From the NCBI RefSeq assembly GCF_000143415.4, contig NW_003314338.1, forward strand, positions 444,202 to 508,201: a stretch of DNA of 64,000 nt, written 5' to 3'. Positions 1 through 12,054 of the stretch are shown here, in pieces; the stretch's first letter is position 1, and each line of letters opens with the position of its first letter. A program made the translations under genes and the position numbers. The notes beneath the pieces were generated by a model. That model did not search any database. It was not told where the DNA came from and was given only the letters and a program-made list of their open reading frames with translations. The DNA is from Selaginella moellendorffii. Its lineage: Eukaryota; Plantae; Lycopodiophyta.

Positions 1-125
1 AGATCACGGCATTGGCAGGACAATTTCTAGTTTATGTCCCCATATGCAAATATATAACAGCGTATTTCATGCTGTACATGGCATCAGTATATCTCATCCA
101 TGAACAAAAATCGATCAAAAATCGA

Positions 126-3100
126 TCATCCCCCACGAACTTCAATCACGTCTCCGTCCCTGAGCTCCACCAGCGGCAGTGCGAGCTGCCCGTTCACGTA
201 CATGATCTTGTTGTCGATGCCCATGCGCTGGGCTGCGTCCGAGACTGTGCTCCCGGCAGGCATTCGAACGATATCACCGTTTGGCCACGAGATCACCAAG
301 ACCTCCGTGAGAACAGCCGAGCTCGGATCATCCGGATGCCGTGCCGCCTCAAAGTGGACCTCTTTTTCCCACTGGAGCATCGATCTCAGCAGCTTCACCT
401 GTGTTTTCGCAAACTTTCCTTGTGATGGAACGCAAAAGCTTTTCGCTTCCTTACCTTGTTGTTAAGTCGCGTTGTCGCCGATCCCGAGCTTAAGTTCTGG
501 CTTGACATCGATGTCCCAGCCTGGGTTTGGAGCTCTATCTCGATTCCTTCGTCCACCATGGTCATCACTTCCATGTACTCTTTAAGTTCGCGAGCATCCA
601 ATTCTAGCAGCTGGAGAAATGTTGGCAATGGACGGTGAAATTGATCCTTCTGTTCGTCAGGCAGCCACAATGTTTTTTACTTGCCTGCCTTGAAAGAAAC
701 ATAAAAGCAAGGAACCACGAACCTTGTGATAGATATGATCCCCGCATAAGACATATTTCTCGAGACAGGTATCCCAATCACCGTGTCCCGGAGCAAACCA
801 CCAGCTTTTGGCCACCTGATATTTTCCCGCTCTAGTTACGGAGAAACAAAACTGTGAACAAACCTTGCTGTACATGTACGCAAAAATCTTCCACCGATCC
901 TTATCGTCGAATGAAGCTCCAGATACTATAGCTTCTCCAGAACTTACAGCCACCAGCAGCTCTTTCCCATCATGGTCTACTCTGCAAGCAACACAATTAA
1001 AACCGCGAGTAATTGGATTCAGGTTTCCTCGAGAGGGACCTTATGACAACAGCTGCTCGAAGACTTCCACCTTCGATTCTAAGAGCAGGGTATCTCAACT
1101 GGACTTGCTTGGAGGGTGTAGACGATGATGGCGTTAGATCCGTGTCCGAATCTCTGCCATTTGTAGGCAGAGCCTGCGTCATAACTGGAGCTCCACTCTC
1201 TTTGTAAAGCCAATGAGCAGCATTTCCGCTCTCTGCTTGTTCATGCATCAGCTTGTATCAAAGACAAACTTTGTGTAAGTAAAGAGAATCTTAGTAAACT
1301 CTCCATACCTGAGTACGAATTTGCACCTCTAGGGGGGCACCGTCAGGTCCTCTCACAGCCGTGTGAAGAGACTAGAGGATAAAACAGCTACAGTGTAAGA
1401 TTAATTCAACCTGAGACGCTGCATACCTGATATCCACTTGGTTTTGGATTCAAAATATAGTCGTCAAACTCCCCACTAATAGGCATCCACAATCTACAGA
1501 ACGATGCTCGCGTTAAGTGGTCCTCAAAGTAAAAGAATTTGGCAAAGAAATAAATCACCTGTGGACCACGTCAAGAAGGCTGTAACACCCTTTGATGGCG
1601 GCCACATGGAGCTTTCCTCCACCGTCTCCAACGACAACTCTCAAAGCACGAGCATCATAAATTTGATCCAGATGAACACCTTTTCTCTTCATCTGCAAGC
1701 CTTGGTAAGAGTGTGTGACCGTAAAACAAGCGAGCTGTCACCTTGGAATGCGTGCTATACAGGCTCTTTAATCGACCAGATAGAGTTACTTCAGTTCCAG
1801 GGATGTATCTATAAGTTGCGGGATTAGTACGCTGAATGTAATACTTCGGATTGGTAAGAACCTTACGGGGTGGAAATCGCTACTTCTTTATCAAGTGCCT
1901 CTTCGCAAAGGGAGAGAGCCGCAAGCGCAACTTTAGTATCTTCGATCACCTTGCTTTTGGACAGAGACGGTGGCAAACCAAATTTTTGCTTTCCACGATT
2001 TTTACGACCTGAGAGCAAGTCAAACGGAATTACTGCATCCAGGAGATCCTGCACAAAAAAGGACCATAAGTCTAGTCAGTCAGCAAGCTCTTTAGTAAGA
2101 ACCTTCATTGATAAATCTTCTATCTCTTCGTTGCTCTCGTCCTCGGTGGATTCCGTGCCATAAATCAAGGCTCTCCTTTTTTCCCTCTTTGTCATTTTCC
2201 TGTAGTGCCTGACCTCCTCGTCAACTGACCACATTGCAGCAAGTCCAGACCGTAGCTCTCGAAAAGTTTGCGGCTTTACAGAAACAAAACGTTAGAAATC
2301 TTTAAGGAAAACTTCAGGACCGCACCTCAAGTACAGCAAAACAAAGATCCTCAAGCTCCGCTTTGACGGTCCAGACTCCAAGTCTGGAAGCGAGTGAGCA
2401 CCAAACAGCTAGTGTCTCTTGTGCTACAGCACGCGCCTTTGGAGCAGGCAGAGCATATCTAAACAAACCAATAGCCGTTAAAACTCGCGTCGCACATAAA
2501 TGATTTAGCTTACATTGTCCTCATGTTGTGCAAGCGATCAGCAAGTTTCACGAGAACTACTCTGGGATCGTTAACCATTCCTAGCAACATAATGCGCAAG
2601 CTGTCCACCTGGAAATACAAAAAGCATGAACATCTCTGGGCAGGCTCACGCACTGTTTCTTTACCTCCTCCGAAGTTAATCCATTCCCAAATTCTTCTCT
2701 TTCATGGGCGGTTTTTCTTCGATGTCTGCGCAGCAACTGCCTTAAAACACATGAGACTGTTTCTGAGCACTCGTCTACGGCCGTACCTGGTTTATGTAGC
2801 TCAGCCTAGAAACGCCTGCCACAAGGTCAGCCACATTATCACCAAAACTGGTCCTTAAGTCATGTAAGCTTCTCGTAGTATCGTCAACTACATCATGTAA
2901 AATTCCAGCAACAACGGTGTCAATTGCCTGAGAGACAATTGGTTTTAGCGCTTTGAAAAGGTGACAAGGACGTAAAAAAAAAAGAGCATTACCTTGGTTC
3001 CCACTTGTGGAACTAAAGCAGCTAAAATCTTAGCAGTATGAATGCAATGTGTTATATAAGGATCACCCGTCATCCGCATCTGTCCAGCATGAGCTTCTCG

Positions 3101-3624
3101 AGCGTAAGAAACTGCTCTCTGGACCTGGAGGAAAACGGGCACTTGATCGAAAACTACACGATTGTCGATCCATACCTTCTCATCTTGAAAAATTGGATAG
3201 TCACTAACATCCACTCCATCGAACACCAAGCTCGCTGCTGGCGATCAAGAACAATGTAAAGAAAAAGAAGAAGACGAGACCGCGCCTTACTTCCATCGTC
3301 AACTTTCCCGTTTCGTGGATCACTGCTCGCCTGTGGAAGAATGCATGCTCCATACGCCACGGCCGCCGTGACCGCAACTTGAGCAAAGGTCATGAGCGCC
3401 ACAGCATGAGCCGAGGCGGTCGGAGCCACAGTCCTGAAAGCAGTGCTCCCGGTCGCGAGCAGCTGCCCCACGGACGCCAGCGGCACCTGGCGGACGACAT
3501 GATCCAGCAGCAAGCTGCTGCGACAAACCGGAAGGAGAAATCGCCGCCGCTTCCTCCTCACTGTCGATCGATTCTTGCCGCCGCAATGCGCCCACAGCGC
3601 CACATTCCCGCAGGCGCAATCCAT
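126..3624 (-). CDS. RSH: RelA/SpoT homolog ((p)ppGpp synthetase/hydrolase), multi-exon, probable plastid transit peptide
   Basis: Spliced exons give HD-domain motifs (HAGQMRMTGDPYITHC, GILHDVVDDT, KLADRLHNMRT), synthetase motifs (GRLKSLYS, IYDARALRVVV, EFDDYILNPKPSGYQSLHT, EVQIRT, AESGNAAHWLYKE) and a C-terminal TGS-like domain (WPNGDIVRMPAGSTVSDAA...LRDGDVIEVR). Introns are short GT-AG. Start codon is approximate. Confidence 0.93.
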
Positions 3625-3984
3625 GCCGCCAGCGGCAGCAGCAGCATCGCACAGCTCGCGCGCTTCGTTTTAGCCCTAAATCCTCGCGGAAGAACAGCGA
3701 GTGATATTACGCCACTCCGCCATGGCCACCACCGCAAGAGGACAGAGCGCTAGATACCCGAAACGTGGCTCTTTCCAAAGTCTACACGTCTCACAATAAT
3801 ATCCTCTAGAATATTCCACACTTTGAAAATGTGAGTTGACCCCTTCAACACGGAGGGGGAAAGTTCTTTCCATCTCTTTCGATCGCCCAAAAAAAAACTC
3901 TCTTCACTTACTTCGCGGCACTACCTACACGATCGCATCGTGTTGGTCGATCAAACAAAAATATAGAAGAAGCAGCTAGAAAAC

Positions 3985-4395
3985 TCACGAGATTGCCTGG
4001 CGCCGCCCTTCCTTCTTCACCAAAACTCTGTCCCCCTCGCGAGCCACCGTGATCTTCTTATACACGAGCAAATCGTCCGAGTCCACGCTCAGAGCAGCGG
4101 CGCCGCTCGAGCTCAAGCTCCGCCCCTCCAGATTGTTTGCTGCTCCATCTCCATCACTCACTACCACGACTCTCATCTCGTAGTACGTATCCGTCCCAGC
4201 CATGTCCACCGGGACAAACTTGTCCGAGAAAGGGGCCACCGAGAGCCTGAGCCTGCCAAGCTGATCCCTGTATCGGTCCCGGAAAACCACCGTCGCCGGT
4301 GTCTGGTTGCAAATCCAAGTCACTCGCTGCAAATCCATGCTGCACGGCTGCGAGTCGGACGTCTTGATTCTGGAGAAGCATCCCAGCTTGAACAT
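3985..4395 (-). CDS. Small intronless protein of unknown function (136 aa)
   Basis: ATG-initiated GC-rich ORF with a TATA-like TTTATAAG ~40 nt upstream. The pattern TWICNQT...DTYYEMRV...LSVDSDDLLVYKKITV recalls, from memory only, a small beta-rich family of non-seed plants. Confidence 0.6.
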   Translation of the reverse strand: MFKLGCFSRIKTSDSQPCSMDLQRVTWICNQTPATVVFRDRYRDQLGRLRLSVAPFSDKFVPVDMAGTDTYYEMRVVVVSDGDGAANNLEGRSLSSSGAAALSVDSDDLLVYKKITVAREGDRVLVKKEGRRQAIS

Positions 4396-6187
4396 CTCCT
4401 CGCTCGAAGAACTGAGACCAACTGTATGGAGCTTATAAACTGCCGACCACCATCAGTTTAGTCGCCCTGTTCGGCCCGCCAGAGCTACAATCGGGCGGCT
4501 ATTGAGCTCCGTGCCGTACTCGGACAAGTATCCATTGCCGACCATTCTTTCTGTGAAACATCAAAATATAAGTCATCTCCCTGGAACGCTGAAAAAACGA
4601 GCTAGCTTCATTACCAGATAGCCGAGTTGAAGTTGAGGATCTTGGTGAGCGCAAAGTCGTCGAAAGGGAAATAAAAAAAAAGTCTCGCTGGAAAAGCCTA
4701 CATGTGGAGAGATCAACGAAGGTACACAGAAAGTAACAAGCTTAACTTGCTGCTGCACATGACTAAAGACAGTGGGCTCCTTCAATGCTGCCGCTTTTCA
4801 CACCCAACTTGAACAAACCACCCTTGTCTGCAAACCAAAAACAAAAAGACACTTGCATCAAACCAGAGAGAAGACTTGGTAGAGAAAGCACACCTCACTC
4901 ACAAGCTTAATCTAGGTAAGATGTTGCAGAGAGGACTCGTGCAATGCGCCTGAGCGAATAGGTGTGAGTGACAACGACGCTGCCTGCACCAACAACAGCG
5001 TATTAGTCAGAAAGAGGAAAAACAAGTGATGCTAAGAGTAAGATAAAGCCACTACCAAGAGCGCAACAAATGCAGCGCAGACGAAAGAGTTTTCGGCCTT
5101 ACTCAAACCGCTGAAGATGTTCTAGCGTCGCGACTTCTGAACGGAAAAATAGTTCGACGTATCATCAGTAGTACACTGGCGTTATACTTCCCCGTCAATT
5201 CGTCGAGAAAGACGTTCTTGCTCCCCTATGAAACAATCAGACACCACCACCATCAGTAAAAATTCCATACAGCACTACTGGCGAGCCATCCTCCAACAAA
5301 AACACACCAACGCTGCCAAACATCTCCCTCCCTATGAGAGGGAAGTAACAACCAAAGCAGAAAAAAGAGAGGCAGAAAACAAAGAAATCACAAACTATTA
5401 GAACCTGTCCCTGTCAAAAGCTCAGTAGCTTGCATTCATGCTGCACCTTCGGAGCCGCTGCAAGCCTTGTCTGCTTCATTTAACGATTGGAAAATGAAAA
5501 GCAGCTTGATGAAATATACAAACATTCATTACCTTCACAGCGACAGCAAGGCGGTGCTCATCCATCCTCAAGCTTCAAAGCTTTTGAATTCTCTGCATCC
5601 AAACAAGTTGAAACCACAGATTCATTACCAGAGAGAAAAGGTAAGAGAAAACAAACAAAAAAAAGAGGATAATACCTTGTTGTCAAAGAATTATTACTTC
5701 CAGAAGATCTGCACAGATCATCAAACATTAACGAGCTACGGACTAAGAAACATAGAAAAATCTCGCCTATACACCAATCATTTCAAAGTAAACATTTGGT
5801 GATTGCTTTCGCCGTTTGGAAACAAAAAAAAGAGTTTCGTAGCAAGTGACATAGTTTAGTACTTCTTCCCAATCTAGAGGAGGTAGAACCTCTAGAGGCC
5901 AGGAAAAAAAGGCCACTGTACTGCTAAATTTCGGAGGCCCCTTGGGAAACACACACGGCTTACCCAAGCAGAGGACCTTCAACCCCACTCAAACTTATTG
6001 TCATGAATCGCCTTCGTCTCGATCTTATCTAGAAGGTCTGGGAAGAAGAGTGAAAACCAAAGGAGAAAAGAAGATGAGAACTTAACAAGAGATTAACCTG
6101 AAGAAGCCGTGTCGAATGAATAAAGGGACCACCCTTCGTGTCCTCCTCCCGTCCCACTCCACAGTATTTACAAAACTTCGTGTGGAA

Positions 6188-7114
6188 CTATTCGCTCTTC
6201 CAAGCGTAGAGAAGCAACGAAAAACCAGCCGCCGAGACGTGTGAAGCAGCAGTAGCAGCATCCTGGGCTGCTGCTCCTGTTCCCGGCTGGACTCGCAAGC
6301 TCGACGAGCAAGCCATGGCGTCTTTCATCCACGGCCTCTCGGACGAGACGCACGTCTGGAACATAAACACGGCATTCCCCAGCGAGGGATTGAAGAGCCA
6401 ATTGTGCACGTCCCAAAACACCTCCACCGGCAAGCCGTCGACGAGGATGGTCTGGTTCCCCCTAAACTTCCACATAAGCTTCTTCACCTGGATCACCAGC
6501 TGCCTGTCCACCCTCACGTAAAGCCGCGGCTCCCGAGCTCCATTCGTGTGGCACTCGATCATAATGTCGTGAGTTCTTCCACTCTCGCCAAACTGCGCCT
6601 TGGTGGTGTAGTACCGCTTCCCAAAGACGTGCTCCCGCCGCGAGAGAAGCATAGCCTCGATCGTCGGTGGCCTCGCCTGCGTCTTCTTGTAAGCCTCCCT
6701 CACCATATCGCCCAGCAGCAATGCCACCTCTCCATCGGAAACGATGGCGAGGTAGAAACCATCTTGCGGCTCCGGCCCGCAGAGATACTTGGCCGAGGAG
6801 AGGTCCCAAAAGACCTCCACTTTCTGCCCATCCACCTCCATAGCCTTGGATCCCTGCTTCTTCCAGAAGAACCACGGCTTCATGTCTACCTTGCAAGTGT
6901 AGTGGCACGCTGGGTCGTCCACATTGACGCTCAGTCCCTGCCCCATGAGATTCTTGCACCATGTCACCGTGATCAAGCGGCAGTGGCCCCAGAGCTTGGT
7001 CTGATAGACGCAAGTCACCAGATTTTGCGTCATCCTGGCGCCCATGGACATGTCCGCGACCTGGACGCCGTATTCGCCGAAGCAAGAGGGGAATCCATCC
7101 GGCATTCTCAGCAT
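6188..7114 (-). CDS. DUF868 family plant protein, intronless
   Basis: FPSCFGEYGVQVAD, QNLVTCVYQ, ITVTWCKNLMGQGL, CKVDMKPWFFWKKQGSK, FWDLSSAKY..GPEP, WKFRGNQTILVDGLPVEVFWDVHNWLF and GFSLLLYAWK are typical of DUF868. First ATG taken at MLRMPD. Confidence 0.92.
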   Translation of the reverse strand: MLRMPDGFPSCFGEYGVQVADMSMGARMTQNLVTCVYQTKLWGHCRLITVTWCKNLMGQGLSVNVDDPACHYTCKVDMKPWFFWKKQGSKAMEVDGQKVEVFWDLSSAKYLCGPEPQDGFYLAIVSDGEVALLLGDMVREAYKKTQARPPTIEAMLLSRREHVFGKRYYTTKAQFGESGRTHDIMIECHTNGAREPRLYVRVDRQLVIQVKKLMWKFRGNQTILVDGLPVEVFWDVHNWLFNPSLGNAVFMFQTCVSSERPWMKDAMACSSSLRVQPGTGAAAQDAATAASHVSAAGFSLLLYAWKSE

Positions 7115-8339
7115 CGTCGCGGGAGCGCCGATAATCTTGGATGGATTCTGGCGATGTTCTTGCCGCAATGCCGCAGGAATCTTGGGGCTTGGATCCGAGA
7201 TCTTGCTGTCAGCCAAAAGCAAGGCAGCTCCGCTTGTCGTGGAAAGAGCGCCGCTCCTCCTGTTCCTGTTCCCCGAAATTCCTCATCCGGGAAAGATTCC
7301 AGGCCGCCGCCGCCGCCGCACAGATCTTCTGTCGCGGCGCTGGAGCTCGAGGAATCAAGAACGCCAAAACCCTAGGCCTAGAATATGAGCGGCAAGCGAT
7401 CGAAGTGACCTGGGAAGAATGGAGGCCTCCGCCAATGCGGCCGCGTCGCGATTCTTCCAGCGCCCCGGCACGAATTCGCCACGCCCTAGCTAGAGCGCGC
7501 AAAAGCAATAAATCCTCGAGCTTTTGGGAGCTAGAAAGAGCTCGCCCAAGCACTGACTGGTATCCCCCATTTTACACGGATAACGGAACTAGGTAGAGAA
7601 AAAGCTCGCCTTTAGCCAGAAACGCTACCTAGCGATCGTGCGTTCGAATCCAGTCCACTCAAAGGCGCCAAAGCCACACCGTTGGATCCACATACCATTC
7701 AAACCTCGGCCGTTGGATTTGGGATTGGTCAAATAGTAGTTTTCTCACGACTTTAAAAAACGGGAAGGTGGAGGTATAAAGAATGTCTGATACCGCGGCA
7801 TATTCTGTACCTAGCCACCTTGCACGACTATACATCATGCTCTGCGCAAATGCGCCAAATTACCATTAGATTTCGTGATGGTGATGCCTTACATCACAAA
7901 CCAAGCTAACCTAAAATAAATAGTTCCATGATCCATGATTGGTTATGCCTCCGTCAACTTTCCTAGAAACAAGCATGGTTGATATTTTCCACGTCAACTT
8001 CCTCGACTTACGTAACAAATGATCCAGGTTTGATACCTCGTGTCAATCTTTAGGGAAAAATTCTCCCGGCTTTTGGCATAGAAAAAAGAGAATGTAAAAA
8101 AAGTGACAAACCTCTTCATATACACTGTCCCACACCATCTTGTCAAACACCAAACTTTGGATTTTTTGCTTGTTTCTCCACGCCACGAAACATGAGAGAG
8201 ACAGGGAAGGCTGCAAATCTCTAGGAAATCATACTGTGCCTTGTTGATGCGTTAAGGTGGATTTCAAGTGATCGTAGCTGTTTACAACGATACATACCTT
8301 CTTTGTTAACATTTTCTTCGCTGGAGGTGGAGCCAAAGT

Positions 8340-9333
8340 CGAGATCCATCCATTGCAATGCGATTGTTAAAGAGCCTCTCTAAAATCTCCCAGATTGAGG
8401 CCGCGGACCTGACAATCGTGGCAATGTCACTCCTGACAAGTAGACCAGAAAGAAACAACAACAAACAAACCTGATCGTTTCCACCAGTGGACCAAGTTCG
8501 CAAATTGATATCATCGCACGAAGGTTGCTCCTAGAATGCCAAGCCGCTTCCCACACTTAGAAAGCAATATCTGGGGAAAAGAACAACGTTACAATCTGTG
8601 TCTTTCACGAGTCAGAGCCTGTCAAAACCGAAGGATTCAGCGAGAAAGAGAGGAAAGAAAAAAAAAAAGCAGAACTTTCCCACTTGACATGGATTGTCCT
8701 TTGAGAAGATTTTGTAGGAGTGACCTGCGGCCATCAGAGTCAGGTAGTGGACGCATATTCTCTTTCACCTGGAGAGGAAAAGCAAGAGGAGAACTTAAAA
8801 AAACGATCACGCGTTGGACTCACGAGACGCCTCCGTACTGGATCATCTATTTCCGCTGGCCTGTGAGTAGCACCTGTGACAAAAGAAATTCTCAGCTCAG
8901 TGGCAATGAATATCGCGCGCTTTACCCATCACAAAAAATTCGATCGTCCTTGATGGCTAAAAAATTTTCCGGTTTGAGCCTGCGGCCAGCATCATGTTCA
9001 TTCGAACAAAATGCTGCCTATCTGGAAACGATTCGAACTCGAAGTTTCATGTGGGAAGCCCAACCTGCGTAGCAACTAAGCATAAGCTCCACAGACTGAT
9101 AATAGAACAAATCTTACCCACTTTGAAGTGAACGACGAAGAAAGAATGCACTATAGGCCACTCAGATGCCACTGCCTTGGCCAGCAAGCCTGTTAAAGTG
9201 GGCGTCAGGCAAAAAGCAACGCGGGCTTTGTTTAAAACCTGGAGCTGGTGTGCGAAAATCCGTGAAAAGATCACTCCTTTTTGTAGGAAGAATAACCATC
9301 TCCATCAAAGCGTGCTTGAGTTTGCAAGTCCAG
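8340..9333 (-). pseudogene. Degenerate spastin/katanin-like AAA ATPase gene relic (intron-containing)
   Basis: Collinear exon fragments: AGLA/(frameshift)KHALMEMVILPTKRSDLFTDFRTPAPG, LLAKAVASE, NEHDAGRRLK, GATHRPAEIDDPVRRRL, VKENMRPLPDSDGRRSLLQNLLKGQ, AMISICELG, QVRGLNLGDFREAL*. Walker A (GPPGNGKT) and Walker B are not recognisable; frameshifts and stops are present. Confidence 0.78.
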
Positions 9334-9612
9334 CTGCAAGAAGTAGCAATGTTCACGCAAGAAAAAGAAAAAGGACAAACACTAAGAAACATACCAATGA
9401 TGGCCTGCCATAGACAATCTTACGTTTGATAGAAGTTGTCCGCCATTGGTACGACGATCACCACAGACGAGCTAGAAAGAACAGTTTGTGGCTGTAAAGT
9501 TCCAAGCTTCCAAAATCAAAAGATATAAAGAGAAATCACAAATACCGGTCGAACCTGAATAGTGATCAAATTCTCCAGCCAGAGCTTCGCATCGCTCCCA
9601 TTTTTCTAGGGC

Positions 9613-12042
9613 TCATATCAGTAGCGATCTCTTTGCCACTGAATCCGGCCAGAACGGCATGCTCTCGAGCAATTCCATTGCGAAATCCCTGCGCCCCGAC
9701 CTCGCAAGAGCGCCGAGAATGCAGCAGTAGTGCCGGATCGACGCCTGGAGCCCGAAATCCAGCGCCATTGACAAGAACTGGCGCCGGCTCTCCTCGATCG
9801 ACCGCGGCGATCCCAGCACCGCCAAGAACGTCCCCCTGTCCGGCGCAAACCCTAGCAAGACCATTGCGTGGAGGAGCTCGATCGCGTTGCCAAAAGAGGA
9901 GCTTGCCGCCACAATGTACGTGCTCCATGATACGTCATCACGCTCTGGCATCCAAGCGAATATCTTCCCGGCCTGTTCTAGACTCCCAGCCTGGGAATAT
10001 GCCACCATCAGCGCATTCCATGCCACAAGATTCCTCTCTGGCATGTTGTGAAAGGCTTCCCTGGTGGCATCAAGCTCCCAATTCTGGGCAAAAGATGCCA
10101 CCATTGTGGACCAAGATATGGTGTCCAGCCATGGAATATTATCAAACACTCTCTTTGCTTGACAAATATTCCCAGCTTTAGAATATGCCTGCAGCATTGC
10201 AGTGGAGCATATTACATTGTTTTTAATTGCCATTTTGTCATATACACATTGTGCCTCTTCAATGCTGCCTTTGGAGGAAAATGCTTGTAGAATGGATGAC
10301 ATTGAAGAGATAGTATATTCTGGCATTTGATTGCAAAGGTGTAGAGCTTCCTCTTCAAAATTATTGGAGATGAGTGCCACAATAATCATGGACCATGAGT
10401 GAATATCCCTCTCCCTCATGCTTTTGAATATGATCCTTGCTTCACGCATCTGCCAGGCTTGGGCATATGCTCCAATCATTAAGCTCCAAACTTTCAAATC
10501 ATGCTCTGGCATATTCTTAAAAATAGTTTTTGCTCCCTCCAAATTCCCAGCCCTGGCATATCCTTGCAACATTGCAGTGTATGTTATAATGTTTTTAACG
10601 GGAATGTCCTGGAATATGTTTTCTGCTTCAATCATATGCCCACATTGGGTATAAGCAGTGAGAAATGAGGTCCAAAACACCACATCTGGATATTCAACCT
10701 TCAGAAACAAATCCATTGATTCCTCAAATTTGCCATTTTTCACTAAGCTCTGAAGCATTATTTCTAAACCATGCCCATCCCAAAGAGGCATTTGGTGAAA
10801 AACTTTCTTTGCTAGATCTAAGTGCTCACATTGACAATAAACTTGTAGCAAAGCATTCCAAGTTCCCAAAGTATGGCAAGGCATCTCCAGAAAAACACAC
10901 TTTGCTGCTACCACGTCGCCCAGCTGAGAATATGCGCCAATAGCAGCGTTGCAAGAAAGAATATTCACCTCTGGAAGCCGCTTAAACATTCTAACAGCTC
11001 CCTCTGGATACCCATTCTGGGAATATCCAGCTATGCATGTAGTCCACGACACTATGCTCGTCAATGGCATCTGGGCAAAAAGATTCCGGGCATCCTCCAA
11101 CCATCTGCAGCATATATAACCTGCTAGCATAGAATTCCACGTAACCAAATTATGCCTAGGCATCTTACTATAGAGTTTCCAAGCTCCATCAAGATTCCCA
11201 TTTGAGGCAAGTGCATCAAGCATAATATTCCAGGACACAATATTCCTTTCGGGCATAGAATCGAATATTCTTTTGACTGAAACAGAATCATTGCTTTGAC
11301 TGTAAGCTGCGAGCATCACGTTGAACGACACTGTGTCTGGATGAGGAATCTTCTCAAACAAGGACTTGGCACTTTCAAGATGCCCGTTTTGGGCATATGC
11401 TTGTACCATAAGATTCCAAGATACAACGTTCTTGTGGGCAATACCATCAAACAATCCCTTTGCCTTTTCTAGAAATCCATTTTCCCCAAACGCTTGTATC
11501 AAAGCATTGCACGAAACTAGACTCTTCTCCGGGATTCTTTCAAAGTAAGACACGGCGTCCTCCAAATGCCCAGCTTTGGCGAGCCCTGTGACGATCGAAT
11601 TCCACGATACTTGATTCGCATCGGGCATTTCCTCGAAGATCTTCTTTGCGGCGTCGAGATCCCCGCTCTGGACGAACAAGCTGATCATGTTGTTCCATAG
11701 AACAGGAGGTTTCTCTGGAGCCATGTCAAAGAGGCTCTTCGCTGCGTCGAAATGACCGTTCTGGGCATAGGCCGAGATCATGGTGCTCCAGGAGAATGCG
11801 TTTGGCGGCTCCATCTTGTCGAAGATCGAGCGCGCGGATTCCACACAGCCGCACTTGCCATACATGTCGATGAGAAGGTTGAGGAGGAACCTGTCAGATC
11901 GGAGCTGGCTCTGCGACACCCAATCGTGAATTTGCCTGCCGGACAAGAGATCTCGATCAAACGCGCAGCCACGGATCACTTCCGCGAAATCCTCGACCCT
12001 GTGGAATTTATCAGCAGCGCCCGTGATCTGGATTGCATCCAT
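9613..12042 (-). CDS. PLS-class pentatricopeptide repeat protein (809 aa), no DYW domain
   Basis: Intronless ORF with tandem ~31-aa PPR motifs (FxxMPExNxVSWNxMxxAYAQNG) and an L2/S2-like end (HYCCILGALARSG...SMPFWPD). Confidence 0.93.
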   Translation of the reverse strand: MDAIQITGAADKFHRVEDFAEVIRGCAFDRDLLSGRQIHDWVSQSQLRSDRFLLNLLIDMYGKCGCVESARSIFDKMEPPNAFSWSTMISAYAQNGHFDAAKSLFDMAPEKPPVLWNNMISLFVQSGDLDAAKKIFEEMPDANQVSWNSIVTGLAKAGHLEDAVSYFERIPEKSLVSCNALIQAFGENGFLEKAKGLFDGIAHKNVVSWNLMVQAYAQNGHLESAKSLFEKIPHPDTVSFNVMLAAYSQSNDSVSVKRIFDSMPERNIVSWNIMLDALASNGNLDGAWKLYSKMPRHNLVTWNSMLAGYICCRWLEDARNLFAQMPLTSIVSWTTCIAGYSQNGYPEGAVRMFKRLPEVNILSCNAAIGAYSQLGDVVAAKCVFLEMPCHTLGTWNALLQVYCQCEHLDLAKKVFHQMPLWDGHGLEIMLQSLVKNGKFEESMDLFLKVEYPDVVFWTSFLTAYTQCGHMIEAENIFQDIPVKNIITYTAMLQGYARAGNLEGAKTIFKNMPEHDLKVWSLMIGAYAQAWQMREARIIFKSMRERDIHSWSMIIVALISNNFEEEALHLCNQMPEYTISSMSSILQAFSSKGSIEEAQCVYDKMAIKNNVICSTAMLQAYSKAGNICQAKRVFDNIPWLDTISWSTMVASFAQNWELDATREAFHNMPERNLVAWNALMVAYSQAGSLEQAGKIFAWMPERDDVSWSTYIVAASSSFGNAIELLHAMVLLGFAPDRGTFLAVLGSPRSIEESRRQFLSMALDFGLQASIRHYCCILGALARSGRRDFAMELLESMPFWPDSVAKRSLLI

Positions 12043-12054
12043 CGAGCCAAGCTC

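Noticed and set aside
6404-7375. 323-aa plus-strand ORF and other long overlapping ORFs
   Set aside because: Antisense shadow of the GC-rich DUF868 CDS; no recognisable motif.
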